Position numbers and translations under genes: made by a program
Origin: Octopus sinensis
Lineage: Eukaryota
Reading direction: 5' to 3'
NCBI RefSeq assembly: GCF_006345805.1
Contig: NC_043013.1
Coordinates: 26,598,001-26,662,000, forward strand
DNA: 64,000 bases
Shown here: in pieces, positions 1 through 12,400 of the stretch
Numbering within the stretch: position 1 is the first letter of the stretch
How the letters are laid out: each line of letters begins with the position of its first letter
The notes under the pieces: model-generated
Database searches by the model: none
What the model was told of the DNA's origin: nothing
The model's input: only the letters and a program-made list of their open reading frames with translations

Positions 1-119
1 GCAAACTAGTTTTTATATTATTTAAATATATTTTTAGACTGTTAGTCAAAGCAGTTTGATGGTTCTAACACAGACACACACACATGTATATAAAATACAC
101 GTGTGTGTGAACAAATATG

Positions 120-178
120 TATATATGCACACATACATATACATACATACATATACATACATACATACATACGTACGT

Positions 179-215
<37 letters not shown>
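120..215. repeat. Compound microsatellite (TA)/(TACA)/(GT)
   Basis: Direct reading of tandem units. Confidence 0.95.
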
Positions 216-216
<1 letters not shown>

Positions 217-480
217 TAATACTGTACTGTAACAAACATTTTTACATTTGCTATTCAAAATCATGAAACATTGAAGCAAGGGTTTTACTAGGATTTGTCT
301 CTCTGAGTGGAAGTGGTAAATGTTGCTGCTGTTGTTGTTGTTGCTTTTGTTGCAGCTGCTGCCGCTGAATTTGTTGTTGGTTTGTGGGAATTAGCAGATG
401 TTATTTTTAGGAATGTGACATGACTGATTAAAAAAAAAAAGGCCTTGTGTGTCATAAAACAAAGCTAATAAATACTAAAA

Positions 481-481
481 T

Positions 482-516
<35 letters not shown>

Positions 517-615
517 ACACTAACAACGACGACGAAGATGATGATGATGATGATGATAATAATAATGATAATAATATCAACAACACTGATGACTATGATG
601 ACAATGGTGATAATA
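481..615. repeat. Trinucleotide microsatellites (ACT)n/(GAT)n/(AAT)n
   Basis: Direct reading. Confidence 0.95.
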
Positions 616-639
616 ACCAAATTATGAGTTTTAAGAGAA

Positions 640-3050
640 ATCTAAAGTGAATAAGTGAGCAAAGTAGTAAAGAGGTTGGATGAGCTCTTAAAGAAAATCT
701 ATTTTGAAAATATAACAGATGTAAATAAACATTTCCTGTGTAGCCTCTCTCACTGTCGAATTTCTTGGAGGTCAAGCAAAAAAAAAAATGTTAATAACGG
801 ATCAAAGTCCCATAGTGGAAATGGAGACTTGAGAACCAATTTGATCAACTTAGTTGAGATCTTGGAAGGATAGATATAATTTATAAAAAGATGGAGAAAG
901 ATGAAAAAGATGACACAGAAACAAGTTTAGCAGAAACAAGGTATTCAGGAACAGTGAAAGGAAATTTTACCAATCACAGAATAATGAGAATGTACTTCTG
1001 AAGAATGAAGTGCCAAATAGTGAAGTAGCAAGAAACTTTTGGTTTAATTCTTGGTGCAATAAGGTTCATCATAACAGGGAAGTAGATTGGTTATGGAATT
1101 TTAAAAATGAAATGGAAAATAGATCAAAATAAGAAAAAATAAATATTACAGAAGAGAATATGGAAAAAATGTTTAAAATGAAACCAAATAGAAAAAGTCC
1201 TGGACCGAAAGGTGTTCAGAGATTCTGGTTTAAGAATCTCTTAAGCATATAATCATTCCTTACTGACTGTATATAAAATGGAAAAACCAGTGTGGATGAT
1301 AAAAGTAAGTACAGTGCTAATACAGAAGAACAAAGAAAAAGAAGGGTCAGTAATTATAGACCTATTCCATGCTTACCATTACTCTGGAAATTGCTAATCG
1401 GCCTCATAGTGTATAACTTTGAGAAGAAGAATCTATTAACAGAAGAGCAAAAGGGAGGCAGAAAGAAGTCAAGCGGAACTGCTGATCTGTAATAGATCAA
1501 TAGCATGATACTAAGTGAGGTACAAATAAAGAACCTGACTGTTGGGTGGATGGGCAACAAGAAAGCATGCAGTAATGTACCATACTGTTGGCTCTTGGAG
1601 TTCCTCTGAGGATATTCAGGATCAATGAGCAAGTTAACAGTTCTTTATAAGGAGTAATGAAATCATAGGAAGTAGAACTGAAAAATGGTAGAGAACCATT
1701 AGAGTGTGTGAAAACACAGGAAATGTATTTCAGGGAGACTTACTCTTTCCATTACTTTTTGTGATTGCATCAGTTTTACTGACAAGAATATTGAGAAAAT
1801 CCAGGCCTGCGTATATCTTTCTTGAGACCAAGGTGAAAATAAATCACCTGCTATATATATATATATATATGGATGACCTTAAACTGAGCACCAAAAATTA
1901 AAAAGGCCTAGATTCTCTTTTTCAGTCAATAAGAATAAGTATATGGGGAAATTAGGATAGAATTTTGGGATGAACAAGTGTGCAGTGTTGATTATGAAGA
2001 GAAGCCAAAAGATTAAATTTGGTGGTATAAAGGTACCATAAAACAGTGCTAGACTACTGAGAAATCATGAAAGATACAAGTACTTAGGGATGCTGCAGGA
2101 TGACAGAATAACAGAAAGAGAAACGAGGGAGACGGTCTCCAAAGTGTACAAGAGAAGAATTAGGAAGGTGTTGGAAACAAACTAAATGTAGGTAATGTCC
2201 ATGCATGTGTCAAAATACTCTGCTTCTTTTCTAAAGTGGACAAAGACAGAGCTATAGGAATTATATAGAAGAATTAGGAAGCTGCTCACTGAGTGCACTA
2301 CTCCAAGAGCAATATTGGCATTCTCTACTTACCAAGAATAGAAGGAGGCAGAGGTTTGTTAAACACAGAAGATACCATCAATACTGCAATATTGGGTTTG
2401 AGGAACTGTGTTGTATGTAGTGAAGAAAAAATATTGTCTGCATCCAAAAATATCTCAAAAGTCACAGAAAGAGTTAGAAAATTCAGTGGCAGAAAGAGGA
2501 ATGGTAGGACAAATAGTTGGAAAGAGGAGAAATTGTATAGCTAATTCATGCAATAAGCTGAGAATGCTGGTAACAAAGTAAAATGTTGGTTGTGATTGAC
2601 ATGGAAACCTGAAACAAGAAACTGAATTGTTGATTATAGCTGCCCAAGCACAAACCCTTAGAACAAACTTGATAAATTTGATAAACAAACTTAGAGACAG
2701 TTTAATAAAACTTAGTCAGAGAGCAAATACAGAATCTGTGGAAAAAACATGAAAGTATTTACCATTTCTTAAGTCCAGCAAGTTTATGCAAAAGGAGTAT
2801 AAACTCAGGTATGGATGTATCAAGTTAAAAAATGCATTGGGATAATACCCAAGATTGTGGACATAAAGTGACAAAAGAAGTGGTATGAATACAAGCCAAA
2901 GACTACGATTGGGAATGACAAGTACAAGATTTTATGGCATTTCTCCATAAAGACTGACCACACCGTTGAAACAAGGAGACCAGATATGACTAGAGCCCCC
3001 ACCCACCAAAAAAAAAAACAGTGGAAGGTCAAAGACTTTTCAATACCATA
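640..3050 (+). mobile_element. Decayed R4/Dong-like non-LTR retrotransposon (RT plus C-terminal region), copy 1
   Basis: Fragmented ORFs with RT motifs NYRPIPCLPLLWKL, EEQKGGRK, VFQGDLLFPLLF, INHLLY..MDDLKL and LYLPRIEGGRGL; many stops and frameshifts. Confidence 0.85.
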
Positions 3051-3265
3051 TGATGATAATTTATGTTTGGAAATTATTTAGATACTAATAATGTTTATTC
3101 AATATTTACTTTACAAAAATCCCCTTCAATTTATTAGAAAATCCTCCTGTTAATTTAATTTTGTCATTATTATCTTCCATAATCTTTTAAAATTTTGACT
3201 CTGCATTCCTATATCATTACGTTGAAAATTTGTATTTAACAAAGACTTTCTTTCATTTGATGACA

Positions 3266-5664
3266 TACCATATTTGCTGGCACATGGGATACACCCTCAC
3301 ATAAGATATACCCCTATTTTACAAGGATATTTTGTGGAAAGAAACAATTTTAGTATGTTTCGTCATACATTTATTGAAAGATATTTTGAAGTGATTTTGT
3401 AGGGAAAAATTGTATGATCCTGTGCATGAAGTACAATATTGTGACTGTATAGTGGAATAAAGTATGAAACTATATGTAACTTTACACTTACCTTTAAACT
3501 AAATTAAATTTTCCATGGTAAGAAAGTAATATACATTGGTATCAATGAGCCCTGATCTATGCAAACGAAAAGCAAATATACTGATAAAAACTGCTAGAAA
3601 CCAATCAGCAAAGTACAATAAATGTGATGAATTCCTATTAATAGTTACAGTTACTCATTCTCACTCTTGCCATCCATGTTACCAGTACTCTTTTAATTAG
3701 TGGAATTCTCTGCAATAGGACCTTGGTCATCAATATCTTTTTCAAACAATAAATTGTTTTCAGTACCACCATGGGCTTTACTAATGCCACATTTTTTAAA
3801 TGCTTTCACAACTGCCTCTTCTTTTACAGCATTCCATGAACTTTTTGCCCACCCACACGCCTGTGTAATAGTAGACCTCTTCCTTCTTCCTGTTAGTGTC
3901 ACTTCAAAATCTGAAGGCTGCATCCACTTGCTCCACTCCTCCTGCATGAATTTTTAAAATGATTTATTGATTGAAACATCTAAAGACTGTAACTAGCTGG
4001 TTAGGCCACCTGGAATTACAGCTAACTTGGTCCTCAGTTCTCCAAGTTCCTTCTTAAGCTCAGTTCTATGAGCCAAAAACTAGTCCCAAATTAATAGAGC
4101 AAGTTTCTTTAATAGTCCACAAGGACACCTGGACCACACTTTATCAAGCCACAATTTCACTCTCCCCTCATTCATCCAACTTTTTGGGTGGACATCAGCA
4201 TAAATACCATTAGGTATCCTTTCTTTAGGCAATGTCTTTCTTTTAAAAACTAAAAAAGTTGGTAGTTTTGTGCCACCAGTGCAGCATACCAATACAACTG
4301 TGTAGTGTGTCTTTTCATGGTCACATGTTTTAACAGTCACAGTTTTAGCACCCTTGCAATTTACCATCTTGTTTGGTGGCATATCAAATGTCAGAGACTT
4401 CATCTATATATGTTATCTATGAAAGTTCAAAATTAACTACTTTTCTTGCATTAATGACATACTTGTGAAACTTAAGTATTTAGTCTCTGTATTCAGGGGA
4501 CATGTTTTGGTGCTATTCTTGTCCTAGCCCTCATACAGAGGTTATTTCTCCTCAAATCTGGAGCATCATGATATCTCTATCCATTACTATAAATCTTGAA
4601 TGGTACATAATCATTTTAGCGGATACTGAAAAGCCTGGTCTTCTTTGGTCTAAATCCCATGTTTTTGATTCTTCTTCTAGCTCAGGCCACTTTACAACTC
4701 CCCTACAGAGGCAGTGTTTGCTATGTTTAGCAACTTTCTGCTGCTCCTCTTGTTCCCTCCATGTCCTTACCATTTTCTCAGTTGGTGGTGGACCAAAATA
4801 CCAAGCAGCTGCCCTATTAGCATGGTCTTTTGCATATGCTGTGACATCTGGTTTAAATTTGATGTTATAACAGTGCCTTTTTTGTTTTTCAGCCATGGGT
4901 TTGGACTCTGTATGAAATTTACCGTAAATAAACTTACCAGTATGTTATGGGAAACTGTACCCCTACTCTTGCCTCTTCTCAGATCAGCTGTATAGTTGTT
5001 TATATTTTGAGCAAGAGAATTGCAATACAGGATGTGAAACTCGTATATCTGGATGTGATGTTTTGTGTTACCATGACAGGCCACAGTGTGGAAAATAAGA
5101 GAAAAAGGATTAAAAGAGCCAAACAAAAGTGAATGACCAAGAAAGGAACACAACAGGAAAGAGGGGGCTGTCGTAAAAGTAAAGCCTCTGATACATCATC
5201 TGATCTGATCATTGCAAATGGCTGCTATTTCTAGGAGCATTTTTCATTTAGATAATGAACAAATGTTTCTTAAAGGTAACCCAGTCATTAAATAATGCAT
5301 ACATATATCAGGGTTATGTATGTTGGGGAAGGAGGTAAGTGAGATGATATGAGCTTCCCTCATAACTGTCGACATATTGTAATTAATTTCTCTTAAGTTT
5401 GTGATAACAGACTGTGATGATTCGGCTTGTTTTCAATATTTTATTATTAGTAACACAATTTACTGTAACGATTTGGCTTGTTTTGCATTATTTTATTATT
5501 AACAACAATTTTCATGCCTAGCAAACTTACCCAGTATACTTGTCTGGCTCCCAAGCCTATGGCGCTTGGCCTCCCATCCATAATACGGCCACATTAGATA
5601 CAGGGCAATTTTTTGATACATTTAAAAATAAGAAAAGCGCATCTAATCTGCCAACAAATACATT
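3266..5664 (-). mobile_element. Decayed pogo/Tigger-family DNA transposon (POGK-like: Brinker-type DBD, CENP-B HTH, DDE)
   Basis: ORF pieces 4552-4896 (YNIKFKPDVTAYAKDHANRAAAWYF...WPELEE), 4080-4403 (LTFDMP...HEKTHYTVVL...FKRKTLP...WM...LLIWD) and 3693-3947; degenerate TIRs at 3266-3294 (TACCATATTTGCTGGCACATGGGATACAC) and 5637-5664. Confidence 0.85.
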
Positions 5665-5811
5665 TGCTCAAATTTTTCATTATTTTGAACAAATTTTTTG
5701 TATTTTCCATTAATGCAGACATGTAAGATATTTAGTTATGATTTAATATCATAATATAAGTTAGTTGTATGTTTTTGAGTTTTTGAGTTCTGTCATTTAG
5801 GACTTTAAACT

Positions 5812-5905
<94 letters not shown>

Positions 5906-5906
5906 A

Positions 5907-5953
<47 letters not shown>

Positions 5954-5968
5954 GTGTGTGTGTGTGTG

Positions 5969-6027
<59 letters not shown>
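5812..6027. repeat. (CA)/(TA)/(GT) compound microsatellite
   Basis: Direct reading. Confidence 0.95.
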
Positions 6028-6029
<2 letters not shown>

Positions 6030-6319
6030 AAATAATTAAGATTCAGTTGAATTAAGTACTTAAGTTCAGGCACCAAGTCAGTCTGGTATTATCTGCACAG
6101 CTTGAAGTAAGGTGAATAAAAAGCAAATTGGGAACAAGGATGTCAATATGGTTGTTTCAGGTGGCTCCATTTAATTGAACAATGCAAACATTACATTAAT
6201 TTGAAAGATGGTGGTGTATTTCAAATTGATGTAATGCTTGCATCGTTCAATTGAATGGAGCTACCTGAAACGGCCGTATGGCATTAATACCTTGACATCC
6301 TTGTTACTTATTTGTGTTT

Positions 6320-6352
<33 letters not shown>

Positions 6353-6354
6353 AT

Positions 6355-6570
6355 TGTCATCATCATTTAATGTCGTCTATGCTGGCATGGGTTGGACGGT
6401 TTGATCAAAGCTGGCAAGCTGGTGAGCTGTACCTGGTTCCAGTCTGATTTAGCATGGTTTCTATGGCTGGATGCCCTTCTAACATCAACTACGTTACAGA
6501 GTATGCTGGGTGCCTTTATGTGGCATCACACAAACACTTTTATGTGGCACTAGCATAGGATTCTTTCAGA
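6355..6570 (-). mobile_element. Short RTE-3'-end-derived repeat with (GAT)n tail
   Basis: Reverse complement matches the RTE terminus at 10170-10352 (AAGGGCATCCAG...CCAACCCATGCYAGCAT...TTAAAYGAYGATG). Confidence 0.75.
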
Positions 6571-6618
<48 letters not shown>

Positions 6619-6619
6619 C

Positions 6620-7200
6620 AACAATTGAGGGTAAAATTAATTAATTATTAATCAATTTCACCAAGTATTCAGTATGTAAAGGGACCATTTAAGGCGAATT
6701 CAAATTATTACATTATATAAAAGGGCTTAGTAAAATAAATTACTTTGCCACATACTGAACTCATTAGAAATAGTAGCTAAAAAAACTTTTTTAAAACTAT
6801 TTCTAATACTTAAAGAAAATCTCTCTCATATAGTGTTTGCTCAATTCAACTCACGAAAGTATGGGGGTAAAGACATTAAAAAATCAAATGCAAAGGTTAT
6901 TTGAGTTAGAAATAGTTTTAAAAAAGTTTTTTTAGCTACTATTTCTAATGAGTTCAGTATGTGGCAAAGTAATTTATTTTACTAAGCCCTTTTATATAAT
7001 ATATATATATATATATATAAAGTTACAATTAAGGGTATCTAAAAGATACCACCGTGCTAGATATAGCAGTCAAAACTTGACTCTAAAACTACATCAAATA
7101 TTCACATAGCACCAGGAGGGAAGACAAAGAAACAAAAACTAGCAAAAGAAATGCTTTGCCTCATCAGTGGAATACATGCAAAATAGTACATAAATACAAA
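6620..7200. repeat. TA-flanked repeats including a 95-bp inverted pair (6712-6806 / 6906-7000) and a copy of the repeat also seen at 10570-11524
   Basis: Arms are exact reverse complements by eye; 7027-7200 matches 10607-10780. Confidence 0.8.
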
Positions 7201-7685
7201 TATATATATATATATAGTGACTTTAGGATCAGGACTAAGAGGGCGACTAGAAGACGACCAACATGGAGAAGAAGGGTCTGGAAGCTTAAAGCCCCTGCGA
7301 ATGGACAGAGATTTAGAGATATGTTACTTGAAGCCTTTGACGAAGTGGAAGGGGGTATAGCTACACATGGGGTAGAAGACAACTGGACGTTTCTGAGGGA
7401 CAACCTGCTGAAAGCCGCTGACCAGATCTGTGGCTGGTGCAAAGTCCCCTTAAGACCCAAAATAACGTGGTGGTGGAACAATATTGTTGACAGGGCTATT
7501 AGACAAAAGAAACAGGCTTGGAAGGCCTGGAAGAACGGTGGTAGCAGGGAAGGGTATCAGACTGCCAGAAGGGAAGCTAGGAGACAGGTCTATCTAGCCA
7601 GAGGGGAAGCAGATAAGAGAAAATTTGCCAATGTCCTGCGCCGTGAGGATGAAGACTTGAGGTATTTCGTGTTGCAAGACAGTGT

Positions 7686-9527
7686 GTGAGAGAGAATCGT
7701 GATGTGGTAGGAGAGAAATGTGTTCGCATGGAGGATGGTTCACTTGCGCTAAATGAGGATGCAAAGAGAGAAGCTTGGAGACGCCACTATGAAAGGTTAC
7801 CGAATGAGGAAAATGAATGGGATAAAGAGAGTCTGCCAAATGTTGACCCTACAGAGGGACCAGCTATCCGAGTCGATAGTTCCGTGGTAGCTAAGGCAAT
7901 TAGAAGCATGAAGACAGGGAAAGCCCCAGGCCCATCAGGAATTACTGCAGAGATGCTCAAAATATCTGGCAGTGTCGGCTATAACCTAGTCACCCGTATA
8001 GTCAACCAGGTGATACACGAAGGAGTCATACCCAATGACTGGTGCAGCAGCATACTAGTCAACTGCTACAAAGGTAAAGGTGATGCCCTAGATACAAATA
8101 ATTACAGAGGTATCAAGCTGTTGGATCAAGTAATGAAGGTTACGGAGAGGGTCATAGCCCAACTAATTAGAGAGAGAGTTAGTTTAGATGAGATGCAGTT
8201 TGGGTTCGTGCCAGGGAAAAGTACCACTGATGCTATATTCCTGGTAAGGCAGCTGCAGGAGAAATACCTAGCCAAAGATAAGCCCCTGTACCTGGCTTTC
8301 GTTGACATGGAGAAAGCTTTTGATAGGGTCCCCCGATCCCTTATCTGGTGGTCAATGAGGAAACTAGGGATAGATGAATGGCTGGTGAGGACTGTGCAAG
8401 CCATGTACAGAGATGCCGTAAGTAAGGTTAGGGTTGGCAACATGTACACAGAAGAATTCAAAGTAGAGGTTGGGGTCCACCAGGGTTCAGTACTCAGCCC
8501 CCTCCTATTTATCATAGTACTCCAGGCAATTACGGAGGAATTCAAGACAGGCTGTCCCTGGGAGCTCCTCTACGCTGACGACCTTGCTCTTATTGCTGAG
8601 TCACTATCAGAACTGGAGGAGAAGTTCCAGGTGTGGAAGGAGGGTTTAGAATCAAGGGGCCTTAGAGTCAACCTAGCTAAAACCAAAGTACTAATAAGTA
8701 GAAGGTAGACAATCCACAAATATCTTCAGGAAGATGGCCCTGCTCGATCTGTAGAAAAGGTGTAGGTAGAAACTCTATAAGATGTACCCAGTGTAAGCTA
8801 TGGACACATAAGAGGTGCAGCAATGTCAAAGGTAGGCTAACTGGGAAGATAGTTTTTGTATGTGGCAGATGCTCGGGAGCATTAACCTCCGAAAATCTGC
8901 AGAAAACAACTTCCGTCACTTTCCAGGGGGAAAAACTAGAAGTAGTTGATAGCTTCCGTTATCTAGGTGACCAAGTCAGTAGTGGGGGTGGGTGCGCTGA
9001 AAGTGTAACTGCTAGAATAAGAATAGCCTGGGCAAAGTTTAGGGAGCTCTTACCTCTGCTGGTGACTAAAGGCCTCTCGCTCAGAGTAAAAGGCAGACTG
9101 TATGATGCGTGTGTACGAACAGCCATGCTACATGGCAGCGAAACATGGGCCGTGACTGCTGAGGACATGCGTAAGCTTGTGAGGAATGAAGCCAGTATGC
9201 TCCGATGGATGTGTAATGTCAGTGTACATGCTCGACAGAGCGTTAGCACCTGAGAGAGAAATGTTGTACCTAAGAAGCATCAGTTGTGGTGTGCAAGAGA
9301 GACGATTGCGCTGGTATGGTCATGTGGCGAGAATGGATGAAGATAGGTGTGTGAGAAAGTGCCAATCCCTAGCAGTTGAGGGAACCCGTGGAAGAGGTAG
9401 ACCCAGGAAAACCTGGGACGAGGTGGTGAAGCACGACCTTCGAACTTTAGGCCTCACTGAGGAAATGACCAGAGACCGAGACCTTTGGAAATATTCTGTA
9501 CGTGAGAAGACCAGGCAGGACAAGTGA
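7686..9527 (+). pseudogene. RTE ORF2 reverse transcriptase, disrupted near 8705 and 9250
   Basis: ORF 7686-8708 (340 aa RT core) continues after a frameshift through a PHD-like finger and the thumb to the stop at 9527. Confidence 0.9.
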
Positions 9528-9620
9528 GCCCAGCCCACTTATGAATGCCTTTCATCCCTTGGACACAAAGACCGGTTGAGGCAAGCGAAGTCGATATAGA
9601 ACCTCATCCGACGACAGACA

Positions 9621-10050
9621 CCCATGCCAACCCCCCATGCTTGCGAAGACATGTTGGGGCAAGCGAAATCGAAATCGAAACCGAATTGAACCAGCCAGGA
9701 TCCCTGGCCTGGTGGTACGTAAAAAGCACTATCCGACTCGTGGCCGTGGCACGTAAAATACTCCAATGCGACCGTACGACAGGCACCCATGCCAACCCCC
9801 TTTGCTTGTGAAGACATGTTGGGGCAAGTGAAATCGAAATCGAATTGAACCAGCCAGGATCCCTGGTCTGGTGGTACGTAAAAAGCACTATCCGACTCGT
9901 GGCCGTGGCACGTAAAATACTCCAATGCGACCGTACGACAGGCACCCATGCCAACCCCCTTTGCTTGTGAAGACATGTTGGGGCAAGCGAAATCGAAATC
10001 GAATTGAACCAGCCAGGATCCCTGGTCTGGTGGTACGTAAAAAAAGCACT
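9621..10050 (+). repeat. Tandem repeat of 159-165 bp (about 2.6 units) in the RTE 3' UTR
   Basis: CCCATGCCAACCCCC recurs at 9621, 9786 and 9945. Confidence 0.9.
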
Positions 10051-10569
10051 ATCCGACCCGTGGCCGATGCCAGCACCGCCTCGACTGGCTTCCGTGCCGG
10101 TGGCACATAAAATACACCAATCTGACCATGGCCGTTGCCAGCCCCGCCTGGCACCTGTGCAGGTGGCACGTAAAAAGCACCCACTACACTCACGGAGTGG
10201 TTGGCGTTAGGAAGGGCATCCAGCTGTAGAAACATTGCCAGATTAGACTGGAGCCTGGTGCAGCCTTCTGGCTTCCCAGAACCCCGGTCGAACCGTCCAA
10301 CCCATGCTAGCATGGGGAACGGACGTTAAACGACGATGATGATGATGATGATATACAACAGACGAATACTTACATATATGCACGTGTACAGACATATATA
10401 TGTACGTATGCACACAACCAGTTTAAATTGCTCGTCTAAACTCCTCGTGCAATATGGTCAAAATACCACTGCAGTGAATATAATGACAAAGTAAATATAT
10501 AAATTTATACAAATAAGGATAAGATCATTATTTAAAATACTGATCATATCAAGTGGCTAACATAGGAAC

Positions 10570-10817
10570 AAAAACCTCATAGTTAATAATTATTATTAAA
10601 ATTATAATTAAGGGTATCTAAAAGATACCATCATGCTAGATATAGTAGTCAAAACTTGACTCTAAAACCACATCAAATATTCATACAGCACCAGGAGAGA
10701 AGACAAAGAGACAAAATAAACTAGCAAAAAATTTATTGGATAATTCCAGCTCTCAGATTTCTGGTTTTACATAAGAAATGCTTACGTATGTATACGTGCA
10801 TATATGTAAGTATACTG

Positions 10818-10848
<31 letters not shown>

Positions 10849-11508
10849 ATTTATGTACTATTTTGTGTATATTCCACAGATGAAGCAAAGCATTCCTTAT
10901 GCAAAGTCAGAAATCCGGGATCTGGAATTATCCAATAAATTTTTTGCTAGTTTATTTTGTCTCTTTGTCTTCTCTCTTGATACTGTATGAATATTTGATG
11001 TGGTTTCAGAGTCAAGTTTTGACTACTATATCTAGCATGGTGATATCTTTTAGATACCCTTAATTATAATTTTAATAATTATTTTTAACTATGAGGTTTT
11101 TATTCAATCTTAAATCTGATTTTTCCTTGTAAATCTGGATTTATTCCCTAATATTTATTATTATTATTAATATATATATATATTATATATATATATATTT
11201 GTATTTATGTACTATTTTGTGTATATTCCACAGATGAAGCAAAGCATTCCTTATGCAAAGTCAGAAATCCGGGATCTGGAATTATCCAATAAATTTTTTG
11301 CTAGTTTATTTTGTCTCTTTGTCTTCTCTCTTGATACTGTATGAATATTTGATGTGGTTTCAGAGTCAAGTTTTGACTACTATATCTAGCATGGTGATAT
11401 CTTTTAGATACCCTTAATTATAATTTTAATAATTATTTTTAACTATGAGGTTTTTATTCAATCTTAAATCTGATTTTTCCTTGTAAATCTGGATTTATTC
11501 CCTAATAT

Positions 11509-11524
<16 letters not shown>
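10570..11524. repeat. TA-associated repeat: one + copy (10570-10783) facing two tandem - copies (10841-11170, 11195-11524)
   Basis: Inverted match with about 15 differences over about 213 bp; the two - copies are essentially identical with period 354. Confidence 0.9.
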
Positions 11525-11572
<48 letters not shown>

Positions 11573-11589
11573 TCAAAGGTATTACATGC

Positions 11590-12400
11590 TAAATTAATTA
11601 GCAGACATGTTATCTTGAGGTTTGGTGATAACAAATCTTCTCAGATCTCAAGAGGCTTTCTTAGGATTCCTGCAAAATGCTGTATTGCATTTTTCTGCAG
11701 ATTGACAATATCTTAATTCCAATATCCTTCATTCTCTTAGGTAGCAGTCTACATGTTAGGCCAATGGCACCAATTCCCACAAGAACGACTGTCACTTCTG
11801 TGTTCCACAATCTCTTCATCTCTGTGGTTAGGTCCTGATATTTCTCAATTTCTTTGATCACCACTCTACTATCATATAGCATTGGAAAGTGTAGTCTTAC
11901 ACTGTTTTATTTATTATTTTCTTTTGTGTCTTCTATGGTCATATCTATTTCCCTTGCTTTAATAGTATGATCAGTGTTTATGAAGAAGTCCCATAGAATC
12001 CCCTAAGTATCATTCCTGATCACAGGCTTTGTTTTATGAATTCACATATATATAACTTATATCAAACTACTGTCTTTATCCTAAGGATGTAACCCTTTTT
12101 ATCATACAGGATTTTAGAGACTTTATCAGTGAGCCATTTCAAATTTGAAGACAGGCTAAGTTTTGCCTGTAGGCAAAAGAGTTTGTCTTCACTAATGTAG
12201 AGGTTTCTTTGTTGGCTTGCATTTTTATTACTGATGTTTTGTTATCTTATACCACTGGACTTGAGAGTAACGCATGGTAGAGTTTGCACAATATTGGATT
12301 ATCTGTAAAAACATGGCAGTTCATATTTTCTTATTAATAATGAGTCGAGTGGGCTTGAATATAAATGTTTATGGTGAAAATCACTCAACTCTCAAATGTC
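11590..12400 (-). mobile_element. Decayed R4-like element, 3' part (restriction-like endonuclease region), copy 2
   Basis: ORF 11661-11882 DSRVVIKEIEKYQDL...LWNTEVTVVLVGIGAIG matches the REL C-terminus seen in copy 4; upstream limit approximate. Confidence 0.7.

Larger units (their letters stand above)
7218..10352 (+). mobile_element. RTE-clade LINE, 5'-truncated, recently active
   Basis: RT motifs NYRGIKLL, QFGFVPG, AFVDMEKAFD, GVHQGSVLSP, LLYADD; RTE C-terminus LRWYGHVARM...GRGRPRKTW; 3' UTR ends in (GAT)n; few frameshifts; no APE domain present. Confidence 0.95.

Noticed and set aside
6906-7000. Hammerhead in the inverted arm (CTAATGAG...) and in the 31393-31466 arm (TTGATTAAG...)
   Set aside because: No GAAA with matching stems I and III
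9539-10313. Repetitive ORFs in the RTE 3' UTR; possible CRISPR-like array
   Set aside because: Units are contiguous ~160-bp tandem copies with no unique spacers, and the ORFs have no recognisable motifs
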